A stretch of 64,000 nt of DNA from Tubiluchus corallicola (Eukaryota; Animalia; Priapulida). The notes under the pieces were generated by a model. That model saw only the letters and a program-made list of their open reading frames with translations, searched no databases and had not been told where the DNA came from. Shown one piece after another: positions 50,701 through 62,606 of this stretch. The DNA is taken from contig JAQGDQ010000002.1 of the NCBI GenBank assembly GCA_030141605.1, positions 992,001-1,056,000 of the forward strand. The letters are read 5' to 3'. The stretch's first letter is position 1; each line of letters begins with the position of its first letter. The position numbers and the translations under genes are program-made.

Positions 50701-53379
50701 GTAAATATATTAGTAATTGAAGAAGTGAGAAAATTATGAAGACACTTTTTGGTTTTTTTTTTTCTAGATGATGCAGGTATGCAGTATAAAGAAGCAGTTG
50801 ATTCAGGTAATCAGGGGGGTTTAGGGTCAGGGGATGCAGAATGCTTAGAGAAGGGTATGGAGGAAGAATTAGCAGGAAACTTGGAGGGTGGTGGTGAAGG
50901 GGAGGAAGAAATGGAATTTGAGGAAATGGTTGAAGGTAAGAAGATTGTAGAAAGTGAGGTAGTTCATGCACCAGAATTGGATGTTCAGAAGTCATTCGAG
51001 TCAAGCGTTGTAACGATACCATCTGAATACATAAATGGGAAAAACAACCCTGCTGAAAATGCTGTGGCAGCTAGTGAAAGAATAATTGAAGAAGAGCAAA
51101 ACATGGTTGAGAAACAAGTAGAACTTCATAAAAGCAAACAAGAGGAAGAAAAGACTGATGCTGATCAGAATCTAAAAACTGAAAAGTTGAAAGAAAAACG
51201 GAGGCATAGTAGAGAAGGGGAAATGGAGGTTGAAAAACGTGGGTCAAAAGGTAGAAATAAAAACAAAAAGCAGCCTGAAAAGAGGCAAGGTGATGGTTCT
51301 AAGAGGAAAACAACTGCATCTGAAGATGTAGCGGAAGAAAATTGGAATGTAGAGAATGTAGAGAAAGTGAACAAAAGTAAACCTGTAAGAGAAGAGCACC
51401 GAGGGCCGCTTGTGACAGAAGATAAGCGTTCAAGAACTAAGGAAATAAAGAAAAAGCCTAGGGACATAGAGCGTAGTCGAGTTTCGTTGCATTCAGATGC
51501 TGACAGTGAAGGGGATGATAAACAATCAAGAAAAAAACCAAGATCCACGCATGTGCATTCAGATGTTGAAAGTGAAAATGAGCGTAAAACCTCTAAGAGC
51601 GCAGAAATCAGAAAAAAGTCTCAGGCGAAAGAACATGGGCGTGTACGCATGCATTCTGACTCTGAGGGTGAAGGCTCGGAGAAAGAGTTGCCAAGTGCAC
51701 AATCAAAGAAAAGGTTTAAAAGAAAAGAACATGGCAAGGTTTCATCGCGTTTGGATTCAGAAAGTGAAGAGGAGTCTGCAAAACAAGACGAATGGGAAAG
51801 GTTGGCAGAAAGAGAAAGACAGGCAGCTAGAGAAAAGCGTGCTGAAAAAAGAAGACTGGCTGAACTAGAAAGAGCTGAGGAGGAAAGACAAGCACAGCTA
51901 GATCGGTTGGAGTTTGAAAGACTGGCAGAGAGAGAAAGAGCCGAAAGAGATAAGCGAGAAGCTGCTGAAAGGGAGAGAAAGGCCGAAATGGAAAAGCAAG
52001 CACAGGCAGAAAAAGAAAGACTGGAAAGAGAAAAGTTAGCAGCAGCTGAGCTGGCTGAGCAAGAAATGAGACAAAAACTATTGGAACAAGAGCAAGAGAG
52101 GCAGGCTGATATTGAACGACTGAATAAGCAGAGAGAAGAAGCAAGGAAGTTAGAGGAAGAGAGAAACCTGCAACTTGAAGAGGAGCAACAAAAGCAAAAT
52201 GTCACTGAACTAATTCCTGTTCTGGAGTCTGTTAGCAGGGGAAAAATTAAACGTAAATGGGATGTCAGGCCAGAAGAAGTGGAAGTACATAAACAAAATG
52301 CACTAAAATTGGTACATGAAGCAGAAGTGATGAAAAGCTGGAGTCAGTCACCAGATACTATCGGTCGAGCAGACACTGGCCGAAATAGATCGCCGCCACC
52401 TCCTAGACGGAAAGGCTGGAGTGATTCTTCGGAAGAATCAGACACTGAGCCAAAAACATCACAGGAAACTGATAAAAGCAAACCTCCATTCCATTTAGAA
52501 GGTCAGCGGCATCACGATAAGCTGAAAAATGTTTATGCTGATAAAGAAATTATGAGTGACAAGGATGGCAGTAAACACAGTCGTAGAGAGAACAGCAGGT
52601 CGCCTGAAAAGACCAGAGGCAATCACAGTCCAGGAAAACATAGAAAGAGAAGCTCATCACCTAATCAGAGACAAAGGCAGAAGCATAGAAAGAAAAGTCA
52701 AACTCCCGATAGACGAAAAAATAAAAGGAGCGTTTCGCCTCCTAGGGAAAAGTACAGTCGATCCAGAAGCAGATCACAACCAAGAAGAAAGCACAGGAGC
52801 ACTTCTAGGGAGAAGAGAAAAAAGAGCTTGACACCAGATCAGAAAAGAGAACGTAGTATTACACCTAAAAAAAAGAACAAACGTAGTGCTACTCCTGTAA
52901 AAAGAAGGCGGCGTAGTATCACACCTGACAGGAGGAAAGGCAGAAGTAGGACACCAGAAAGGCGGCGTAAACGAAGTAGGAGTAGGACAAAAAGTCGGAC
53001 TCCAGTGCGTAAAAGACCAGGTAGAAGGGAAAGTCGCAGTCCAATAAGGAGAAAAAGTAAAAGTAGGACACCTGTTAGGAAAAGGAGTAGGACACCTTTG
53101 CACAAAGGGAGTCCTCGTAGGAGGTACTCGAGTCCAGTTAGAAGCAGGAGATCAAGTAGCAAAAAGAGAGGAAGAAGTCCAATTAAGAAAAAGGGCAAAT
53201 CAGTATCTAGCAGCAGAAGTAGTAGCAGTGGGAGTAGTTCTAGGTCCAGCTCTGCCTCAAGCAGTAGTCATTCAAGTTCTGCTAGTGAATCCGAAAAGGA
53301 AAAGGGTGCCGCTATATCAGTTATTCCAGTTTTGGGCTCTAATGTACCGGTTCCACTTTCGAATAAGTTGTTTGATTAA
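41744..53379 (+). CDS. PNN: Pinin (EJC/PSAP-associated SR-related protein), ~1199 aa with a long charged/RS C-terminus
   Basis: Exons 41744-41865, 43598-43675, 44433-44495, 44713-44782, 45164-45264, 47106-47187, 47512-47667, 48508-48646, 49705-49881, 50768-53379 sum to 3600 nt, open. Motifs LDKAKESLVNVDENIKKLTGRDP, KPAVQSSVI, RNRRMFGLLMGTLRKFK and FIQTRSKPHLFY are pinin signatures. Confidence 0.94.
42450..43270 (-). mobile_element. Decayed CR1-type LINE RT fragment in PNN intron 1
   Basis: Minus-strand DSQHGFTKGR, VTNGAQQALVLGPVFF and WQMLFKVDKCEVMHCG. Confidence 0.8.
46150..47070 (+). mobile_element. Decayed LINE RT fragment in PNN intron 5
   Basis: LLAASKAFDKV..KLFEKLISRKIP, RQGAVLS and HADD motifs in broken frames. 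Confidence 0.75.
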
Positions 53380-54836
53380 AATGATAGCCAGGTCTGCTAA
53401 CCAACTTCTTGCAATTTCTTGTTCCTCTCTTAGTTTCAGTTGTAAATAAGCTAATGTATTTTTAAATATTGTATGTAAGTTTGTGCAAGTTTACAGGCTA
53501 CTACAGGAGTCTGGGGAATTTTCGTTTCTTCGGGCTGAGACTCTGGCAATCCATTTTTGCAATGAAATCATTAATTGAATATGAAATGTACTCAAGGAAT
53601 TGTGGGGTGAGTAAATAAAACAATAGTTACACCAAAAAAGCTCTCTGAATATTAAATTGTCACCGATTGCCTTGGAGCGTTCATTATATTTTGGAGTAAA
53701 CTTTAGAAAAAAATATGAAATGATTTTTGGTGACTGAGCAAATATCTATTTTTGTTTATTAACTGAATTTTTAATGAGTGTAACATTCGTCCACTAGCAG
53801 GTCGCTTTCAATTTCTATTTAGGTGTTAATTTAGAATTTTACTTAACACATTTGAATTTGCCGAAGTTGTATAAAGCGGTTGACACATTATACGCATAAT
53901 CAATGTATAAATGGCACTTTTAATTTGGAATTCTTTTTTGTCTTTTCAGTGTTAGTAAATAAACATCTGATTCCTATTTAATTTGCTAATTGGTTTTTAA
54001 CATTTTTATTTGCTACTTAATTTGACAGATATGTAAGTCGATGCTAACTTGGTTATCTGGTGACGTTTGTTGCACATAATAATATTACTGCAATTATAAG
54101 GAACCCATAGACAAACTTGCCTAGAGATAAATATGAGGAATGTGACAACTGGGCACGGGACACTTGGCGCGTGACAATTGGGCACACTGACACCAATAAA
54201 ATTCAATGTTGTGCCTACTTTTCATTTTTGTTTATTAAATTTTTGCAAATTCACAATATTTTTAACTGTCAACCTTTGAAGATCGCTTCACTAAATTAAA
54301 TTTATTAAAAGCATATGCCCTACAAATAATATTATGATATAATTAAAACTTTAAAACCAGTGAAATGACTGCAGTTTCTGGCAATACCACTTTTAGTATT
54401 ACGTCATTTACATGTAGTTCTTAAAATGAACAAACAAAGCATAAGGAAGCAATGCAAGTTTAGATTAACATTGTAATTAAATATGATAGCATTTTATTTC
54501 AAAAATTTAGTGCATCACAAAAAGTTTTGGCAATTCATTCCCTTATGTAAAATCAGGTCATGACATTGGGATCCATTAAAACACATACATGTATATGAAC
54601 CTTATATATAAATTTATACGCATATCCATAATTATTACATTATTATGAGATGAACACTCAGTGAAATTATGCCTCTTCATCTGGCTGTTTTCTATACCTA
54701 TTACAAGAAAGGAAAGGCTTTCTAAGCTATCGTTCAGCTCATCTGGACCAAGTTGATCCTACTGATGGTGTCAATAAAAGCTATTAGAGGTCTATCGATA
54801 TGGAGTTGCAGTTCCACCCCGTATCAAGAGGACATT

Positions 54837-55962
54837 GGGGGGTGTCAAACAATATAAATTTGGCGATACGATACTTTTTTCCAATGTCATGATGTCGATA
54901 ATCTGTTTTTCAGGCGATACGATACGATACGATAAATTATTTCAACCAGTAAAAACAATACCGAATGTGTGATTAGTTACTGTACAAGGAGTATCAGTGT
55001 ATTGAAACACCGTATGTTTTTGCAGGCAGGGGCGTCTTAACACGTGGGTACAGTGAGCCCTTGTACAGGGGTCTACGAGCGTAGGGTCCCCATGCTAAAA
55101 ATTTGTGTGTATTACGACTTGCTGTCCATAAGTAAATACTGTACTATACTAACCTATATTTGTCATTGTGTTACAAGTGGTCATTGGCTTTCAAATGTGT
55201 GAGCATCTCAAGCATTACATGGTTCAAGCCAATTATAAAGCAATTCTCTGCAATGAAATTTCACGTTTGTGTTCATGCTATGCCATCTCCATTTGTATGG
55301 TTTACCAGTTGAGTGTCATTTAGTTTCGTGTTGGTTAATCTCTGCTGTACAGCATGTTTTTTAATATTTAAACATTGATTTTGTTGGAAGTACCAATACA
55401 ATAAATATACGTTTAATTTTATTGAACATTTACATTTTTTCTGGTGAGTGGTTCTATAGGTAGGTGTCCCAATTTGCCCAGGGACCTATAATGCTGTTAA
55501 GATGGCCCTTTTTGCAGGCTGTTTCCCAATTAATGTATAGATATGTGTAATCTATGACAAAATTCTCTTTGTTTAGTCAAAAAATAATGTTAATACGTGA
55601 GCTGTTGCAGGCAAATATATTAAGATAAATTTATTACTACATTATATATTTATTTGTGAGTTGCACTGCCTGCACGACGCAACTGGAAAAGTGCTTCTAA
55701 AAACACTTGATATTGTGAGTCACTAAACCGACTGATGGTAGCTGCTATTGCAAGAAGAAAGTACAAGAAGATTTTTCAAACAACCTTATAAATAACTTTT
55801 ATTTTAGCATACATGTAATTCCAGTGCATAAATGAAAAAGCAAAATGAAAATATTTTAATAAAAGTGAGCGATACCAAATTCGATACGACAATGATATTC
55901 CTAAAATAATATCAATACAATAACAATAAAAAAAATTCGTATCGTTATCGTTAACATCCATA
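54837..55962. mobile_element. hAT-like MITE, family B, copy 2 (hosts a nested MITE)
   Basis: CGATA repeats at both ends; right end ttaacatccata; left end homologous to the reverse complement of 27157-27189. Confidence 0.65.
55027..55510. mobile_element. hAT MITE with a perfect 8-bp TSD
   Basis: TIRs caggggcgtcttaaca / tgttaagatggccctt; TSD tttgcagg at 55019-55026 and 55511-55518. Confidence 0.85.
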
Positions 55963-56029
55963 GAAGATGTACTACAAGGTCAATCTAATAAATGTACGAA
56001 AGCCAAACTTCTCAGGCAGCTTGCCTCTA

Positions 56030-56095
56030 TTGTGTGGTGAAATGGCTAGTATAGCTGTCGAGAAAACGCCTGGGTTCGAATCCCAGTGGGGATGC
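56030..56095 (+). mobile_element. tRNA-derived SINE head
   Basis: A-box tggtgaaatgg and B-box gggttcgaatccc; no intact cloverleaf. Confidence 0.5.
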
Positions 56096-57304
56096 AAAAT
56101 TTCTTCAAAACTTGGAAACTACGATTTAGAAACATTAATAGTTATAAGATATTTGAAAGATTGATCAATTACAAGGACTAGACTTAAAAAATTAAAACTT
56201 TAAGTTGTAGTAATAGTGGAAAGCGACACAAAATATACAACTGAACTAAAATGATGTGGCTTGTTAAAAAACAGTAATAGCAATTACAGTAGGGACATTC
56301 ACGATTACTTTCCATCCAAAGGCTAAATAGCTGTCACAAGAACAAGAATATAAAAACAGCATTGATTAGGACTGCATACTTCATCGTTTATGTTCTATTT
56401 TTGTTCATTAATCTATTCATACTTCACAGCAAGCAAAATATGATAAAAAGGCATTTCTTGCTTGTGTCAAACTTCAGAAAATTTCAAGTTTGGAAAATGA
56501 CGTTGAATGATAGAATATTTCGTATACTGTACATCTACAAAATATGCATACCGGGCAAGTACCTATAATGGTCATAAATGTCATGCTATAATAATTAAAA
56601 TTCTTTGGTAAATGTAACTGCACCATGTTTTGAAAATGAAAGCAGTACCTTAACAATGTTAGTGTGGAATGTCAAAAAAGCAAGGTGTTCTTCCCGAGAA
56701 ACCATGTAAATGCAAGAAAATTGGGTCCAGAAGCAAGAATTAGCTTGAAATGAGTTTTACTGTTTACATTTAAATATTATTAAATTCCAACTAGCTTTCT
56801 TAAATATTAAATTTTCTATTGCACCTTTAGTGAAATTAATATAAGTTTTCTTTGGTGTGTCTATCCCTCGTTCAACAGGCATGACTTCCATTGGCAGCTT
56901 TTTTCATTTTTTTAGTGGTTGTAGTACCTTGTGTCTGTCATATGTGTGACAAATGGCTTGCCAGCATGCCTCCTACAAATCGGTACTCCAAATACTTGCA
57001 CGGTAGCTTTTATTTAATTTAGTAATGACTTCCTTAAAAGAGCTAATGCAGTAAACAAAATTTCAGAGCTTAATGTACGTCATAAAATGAAAAAACTGAC
57101 AACAGTTCTGTTGCTGCTAACACTTGTTGCTAAGAGAGTAGTTGTTAGGCAGAGACTTGCTGTAACTAGTAGAAGGTTCAAACGTGCATTGCATGTTTAC
57201 TATTAATTTCTGATTTTGCATTTTGTTCAGTTAAAATAGCAATTACCAAACCATAAAAATTAAATAATAAAATTCAGTTCTAAAAAGCATTAGCACACTG
57301 TTGC

Positions 57305-60300
57305 TCATCTCTGCAACATTAGCACTTTCCCTTGCAAACCAGCTTTTACACCACCTTCAGGCAGTCTGTATTGACTGGACTCTTGAGCTCGTTCTGGATT
57401 TATTTCCTGCAAGTTACTGTTACTTCGCAGCAAGTTGTCCAAATGCCACATGTGGAGGTGCCTGTAAAATTAGGGAAAAAAAAATCTGGCAAGTGGGATG
57501 GCACTGAACATTTGCAACTACACAAAATCTCAGTTTTAATCTCAAATTCTTAGCAGATGTCTAGGTAACAATGAATGATAATAAATGTGAATAATAAACA
57601 GCAAGGTCAGCGATATAATGAAGATGTAGTCCTAAATGAATGGAGAATCCTTAATATATGTGTGTGTAAATAGTGTATAACAGCATTATAGCACTACATT
57701 TAATTTTTAAGGTTGACTATTGACAGTTAATGTGTGTGTAGCGATTTGTGTTCTCATAGCAGCTGGAGAGTTTTATAGGTACAGCAAGCTACTTATAGTT
57801 GCAATAATCTCAGACACAGTGAAGCAAGACTTTCTCTTGGAAAACAAATTCCACCCAAAAGTGAACATGGTTGCTTCCTGACCACAACTTTAAAAAATTA
57901 ATTAATTCTTTTAAAGCAAATAAATTTGCTTGAAGTTTGAACAGCAGATTACAGTTAACATCGGACACCTCGGGTCAGTTGTCGGGTTATAACCGAAGTT
58001 GAGTCAGACCGAGGGTTTATCTAGACCTGTACTTTTACCCACATTTTTATGGATTATTGTTACAGATTCAGTGCAAACGGTATGTAGAAAGCTCCTTCAG
58101 TTATGCAAAATGTATGTGAACGCAGAAGCCAAGCTGTTCGAAGGCCGAGTTTGCGAAAAGTTTGTAATGTTTGGGTCCGTATATATATATATATAAGATC
58201 TTATATATATATATAAGATAACACTTAAGTAAGATTAAAGTAATTATTTAATCCAAAATTTAGTTTTACAAATGGAGTTTTACAACATGATCAATTTTGA
58301 CACGCAATGACGATCAACTTTTAATTCAATTCAACTATGATTTGTTACTTATCATTACAAAGTTGAGGTTAAAAATCGATCAATTTCACTTTGATCATAG
58401 GGTCCCTTATATGCGAGGTAATTTCCCTGGGTTTCCATTACGTGGGACTGAAGATATCGTCCCTTATAACCGAAAGTCCCTTATATCCGAATACTTATAT
58501 ACGAAGATTTTTACATAGGAAAAACGTTACGAAAAATCGGGACCAGTGTTGGTGGTCCCTTATAAGCGAGTACCTTATACCCGAGGTTGACTGTATAGCA
58601 CTTATGACTAGAATAGTAAAGTGTCATATGAATAATACTGTAATGAATAATTTACTATTATGTCGACAAAGTATGAATGACCTGCAAGTGTCTGTTTATA
58701 CTTAGTTAGAACCTTGATACAATTTGGTGCAATTTGTGTTTGTACTTGGGGTTCTTTAGCTGCCACTTAACAATTTAATTATCACTATTAATTGGCTCTT
58801 TTAAGGCGTGCCACCTACATTTTGCAGTGTACTGTATCAACGATGCTCTGAAGTTGCCGTAAAACGGGAAAGTAGTCACACTACTTTCATACAGTAATTG
58901 TATATACAACAAATACTTTTTGAAAAAAGTATTTGTAGCAGTAGTGCAACTACATTTCAGCAGAGCAATTGTATTCGTAGTGCTACTATATTTTAAAAGG
59001 GTTTGATCCAACAATATAAATCACTATTATACAAATAAAAGAGCAGTTAAAATGAAGGGTACCTGCTTTTTCCTTGTCTTGCATATACGAATACATCACT
59101 GAGTGTTTGAGTGTAAGGTAAGCGACTAGTTGAAGCAGAAATATGATGGTACAAGTACTTGCAGTGAGGGTCCCGCGTGAACTTGTGTCCTAGCACCATG
59201 TCTTGATAACTTGTGATTACTAACAAACCTACGGAAGACAAGTGACTTGCAAATAAATGTTTGCAGATAGACAGTAGCTGAACAAAGAAATGAGAATCTA
59301 TTCTTCACATCTATTCAGACAAACTGTAGTGGTTATAAGTATATTTGTAAACTAACATCATTGCCAGGAATGGACTGCTATGGCGCCTGCAAACAATAAT
59401 ACCACCACACTCTTGTCTCTTGGATATCTTTCCACATACAGTTAAACCTCATTATAATACCAACCTTAATTAACGCTCAAATTTCTGGCAAAACAAAATG
59501 TCTATATTCGCATAGACACGTATGTGTGTCATAATGCACCTCGCTATAATGCCAAACTCGCTTAGCGCTAACTTCTTCTGGAGTCCCAAAGTAGGCAATA
59601 TAAAGAGGCTTGACTGTAATATGCACGATATTTTAAGCTCGTGCAAACTTGTACATATTTGCATTGTACAATCTATAAAAACCTGTTAAACAGCCTCTAA
59701 AAAGTAGACAAAAATATTATTGAAAATTTTTAGTTTCAATGAAAATTCTCACAATTATTAAATGCTAATTAAATCCTAAACACCATTATCACTCACACTG
59801 CATTAATAATATTATTTATATAATTACAAATGCCACTGTTGTTGATATTAGGTGGTATTGTTATTGTTGCTGTTGTTGCTCAAGCTGTTACCACTGTTGA
59901 GACAAAACAGCTAGAGCATACTCAGTGCAGAAGCTAAATTTAAAAAAGAAACATCCTATACATCTCAAAATATGTTACAAAAGGCCTACTAGTTGCACAG
60001 TAAATGAATGGGCTTAGTGGGTATCTGTGCACAATTAAATTTACGTCTACACTGCACATACCTGTCAGTTCACACACAGTATACTGTTAAAGTCACTTAA
60101 GTCCTAAATTGGGAACTAGTGTTTTAACACAACTGCCTTAATCAAAAAATCACATCAGTGTACTGTGTGTGGGGATACCAGGAAATCTGAACCATCACTT
60201 TAAAAATAACTGAAAATTCTCAATTCCTTGTTTAATGAAGCTTTTTTATTTTTAAGGACATTTTCTAAGTTTGTTTTGGTTTATGAGATATTCAGTAGGA

Positions 60301-62606
60301 ATTTTGGACAATTTCCATGTAGCTCATATAGCAGTGCAACATAGAAAACTCCCATCAAAACAATGTGCAGTGTCAGGTCAGACTAGTTCATTTGCAGCTG
60401 ACCAACTGATCAATGTACAAATAGTTCACTTCAGTAAATTACTCGGATTGGTTGTTGTATGATTGAGATTTTTATTTTTATTATAAGATTATTAAAATTT
60501 TCTAGTATTTGTATTATACACACATTAACATAAGTGAATACAACAATATTGAATAGATGTAATATTTTATTTGCCTAAAACCTTTACTTTTATTTGATTT
60601 CTTTGACTACATTTTGGGATTAAGTGGGTCCTTTTGACTGGGGCCCTTTACAAGTTTTCCCGGACAACTTTAAACCCAGACCACTGGTACTGTTACATGA
60701 CTGAAGGAACTGTTACATACCTGTAATCACAGCCCAGTGTGCCTTGTGGCCTTTTTTACAGCACGGCTCATGATTAAAGTCTGCATCATATCTGAATTTT
60801 GTTGTTAACAGCAATACAGAGATCATAATTTAAAAAACCTAAAATGCTCAAAGCTAAAAATGTTTAACCATAATTATCAAAAAGGTTTCTTCGGAGCTGC
60901 TAAGTAATGCCATGCCATATTCATTAGTGGAGTTTCAGCGCTCCCACAGGCTGCTTCGCTAGTATAATTGTATTAATAAAAAATGTTAACTCTTGCAACA
61001 ACCTTGTGTAACAACAAAAGACCTATCTTCTTTGCAAACCAAACCCTGCTTCCACTAAATTTGTACTTCTAATGTATATATGAAAGTCTTAAAGGATACG
61101 GGACGAGTAGCACTGCACCTTCCTGAAGACATTTGACTAAATATTCTCTCTGCTGCATAGCATCTTTAATTAATCTACACTTGCACTGAAGATATTGACT
61201 AGCAGTTTTATGCATCCACTCCACTGAAATAACAAACAAAAACACAGTGATGTTTAAACAGCTGCACACAAAAAGGTGCAGTGAAAATTACTACAGCCTA
61301 TAACAATTACAAGCTCTCCATAAAATTATTACCAATAGTTTTAGTTTTTTCAGCAGTTTCATCGTAAACATAACCTTAATCACACACACATACTGAGAAA
61401 TTTAGTGAATAGATTGAAAACATTGGTACTTAGATAATACAACTACATGTATTTGATAAAGAAACTCATTAGTATATAATGAAAGAATGGCAAATTTTTC
61501 TATTAACATAGACCAGAATTCAATTAAGAAATTCAGGTAGAATTTTCATTTTTTACAGATGCTGATTAACAAGTATTTAGTCAAACTAAGAGTAAGAAAC
61601 AATCAGGAAGTAGCTGAATTTTTAAAGATCTATGCCTGAGAACATTTCTCCTTGTATGGTAAAATAGTGAGATTTAGCAGCCTCGTAGATTGTTTCTGAA
61701 CAAACAGGAGATTCACATAGCACCTGTGACGCCATAGACAACGCCACAATTCCACATCTGAAAAGTGCAAAAAAGCACAAAATCAATACGATACTTAATG
61801 TCACTCTGTCAAACAGTTATGCTTTCAGTTCAGTTAACATGTCACCACTCGTTTCCGCCATTTAATTAGAGCTTTAATAATTTACTGATTATGGCTTGAT
61901 GAAAAATTAAAGAAAATATTCTGGTTGAAAGCTAGGTCTTGCATTCAGTACATTTTACTGTTTATAAAAAACAGTTATTCGGTATTTTTACTTTCAAATG
62001 CTATTACACGTGATTGTTTTGTTTCTTGAAACAAAACGCTTTTGAAACTGCTACTAAAACAAAATTTGTTTTTAATAATTTTGTCCTTTTTGATGTTTTA
62101 ATCAAAACTAGCAGTTACCGAAAATTGATTGCTAAAACTGTCTAATTTTATCGCTACATTTCAGCTCAGTTAAAAAGAATCCTATTGGAAATTGTTATTA
62201 TCTAGGAGATTCATAATATCCAAACTCACTGTGGACCTTCTTGCAGAACTGGTACAACTTGCTGATAATACGACAACCATACTTCATCATTATATTGTAG
62301 ACTTTCTCTAAACTGCTTAAGTCGCTGGCAGACAACTGCGACCTCCTCTTGTGGCTGTGGTATTAGGTCTACTGGTGCTGGAGTCACATTACTAGGAGAG
62401 AAATATGTGGCAGGTAGTGATGGGATTGGGGGAGGCAAGGGAGGCGCAGAAGTGTGTTGCTGCCGAGTCAACTGGGTAGTTTCTACAGATGTAGCACATA
62501 ATGAAGAACGAGGCAATTCTAAGGTAACAACATCAAGGACCGGATTCGATAAAGGTGCTGTACAGTCAGAAGAAGATGATATGTGATCAGTTTGTATAGC
62601 TGCCAT
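57305..62606 (-). CDS. ACTMAP: Actin maturation protease (C19orf54/UPF0692 family cysteine protease), ~338 aa
   Basis: Exons 62230-62606, 61636-61757, 61100-61223, 60721-60791, 59063-59228, 57305-57461 (1017 nt, open). Pro-rich N-terminus, QEGPQCGIVAL (catalytic Cys motif), QGEMFS, PYDADFNHEPC..GHKAHWAV, RQGKS, PEGGVKAGL. Confidence 0.93.
57464..59062 (-). other. Probable U12-type (minor spliceosome) GT-AG intron in ACTMAP
   Basis: Intron spans 57462-59062. Donor GTACCCTTC; branch-like TTTTCCCTAAT about 8 nt before the AG. Confidence 0.6.
57952..58593. mobile_element. Tc1/mariner-type MITE
   Basis: TA-flanked cagttaacatcgg / ccgaggttgactg; ccttata subterminal repeats. Confidence 0.75.
59439..59616. 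mobile_element. Tc1/mariner MITE, family C, copy 2
   Basis: TA-flanked cagttaaacctc / gaggcttgactg; shares ttggcattatagcgaggtgcatta (inverted) with the 28559 copy. Confidence 0.75.
60156..60686. mobile_element. hAT-like MITE, family A, copy 2
   Basis: cagtg...ccactg ends; tgaaccatcacttt and the last ~150 bp match 14295-14676. Confidence 0.65.
60792..61099 (-). other. U12-type (minor spliceosome) GT-AG intron in ACTMAP
   Basis: Donor GTATCCTTT is a perfect U12 consensus (61099-61091); branch-like CTGTTAAC about 13 nt before the AG; no polypyrimidine tract. Confidence 0.85.

Noticed and set aside
50675-53449. Antisense and alternative-frame ORFs over the last PNN exon
   Set aside because: Shadow ORFs of purine-rich low-complexity coding sequence
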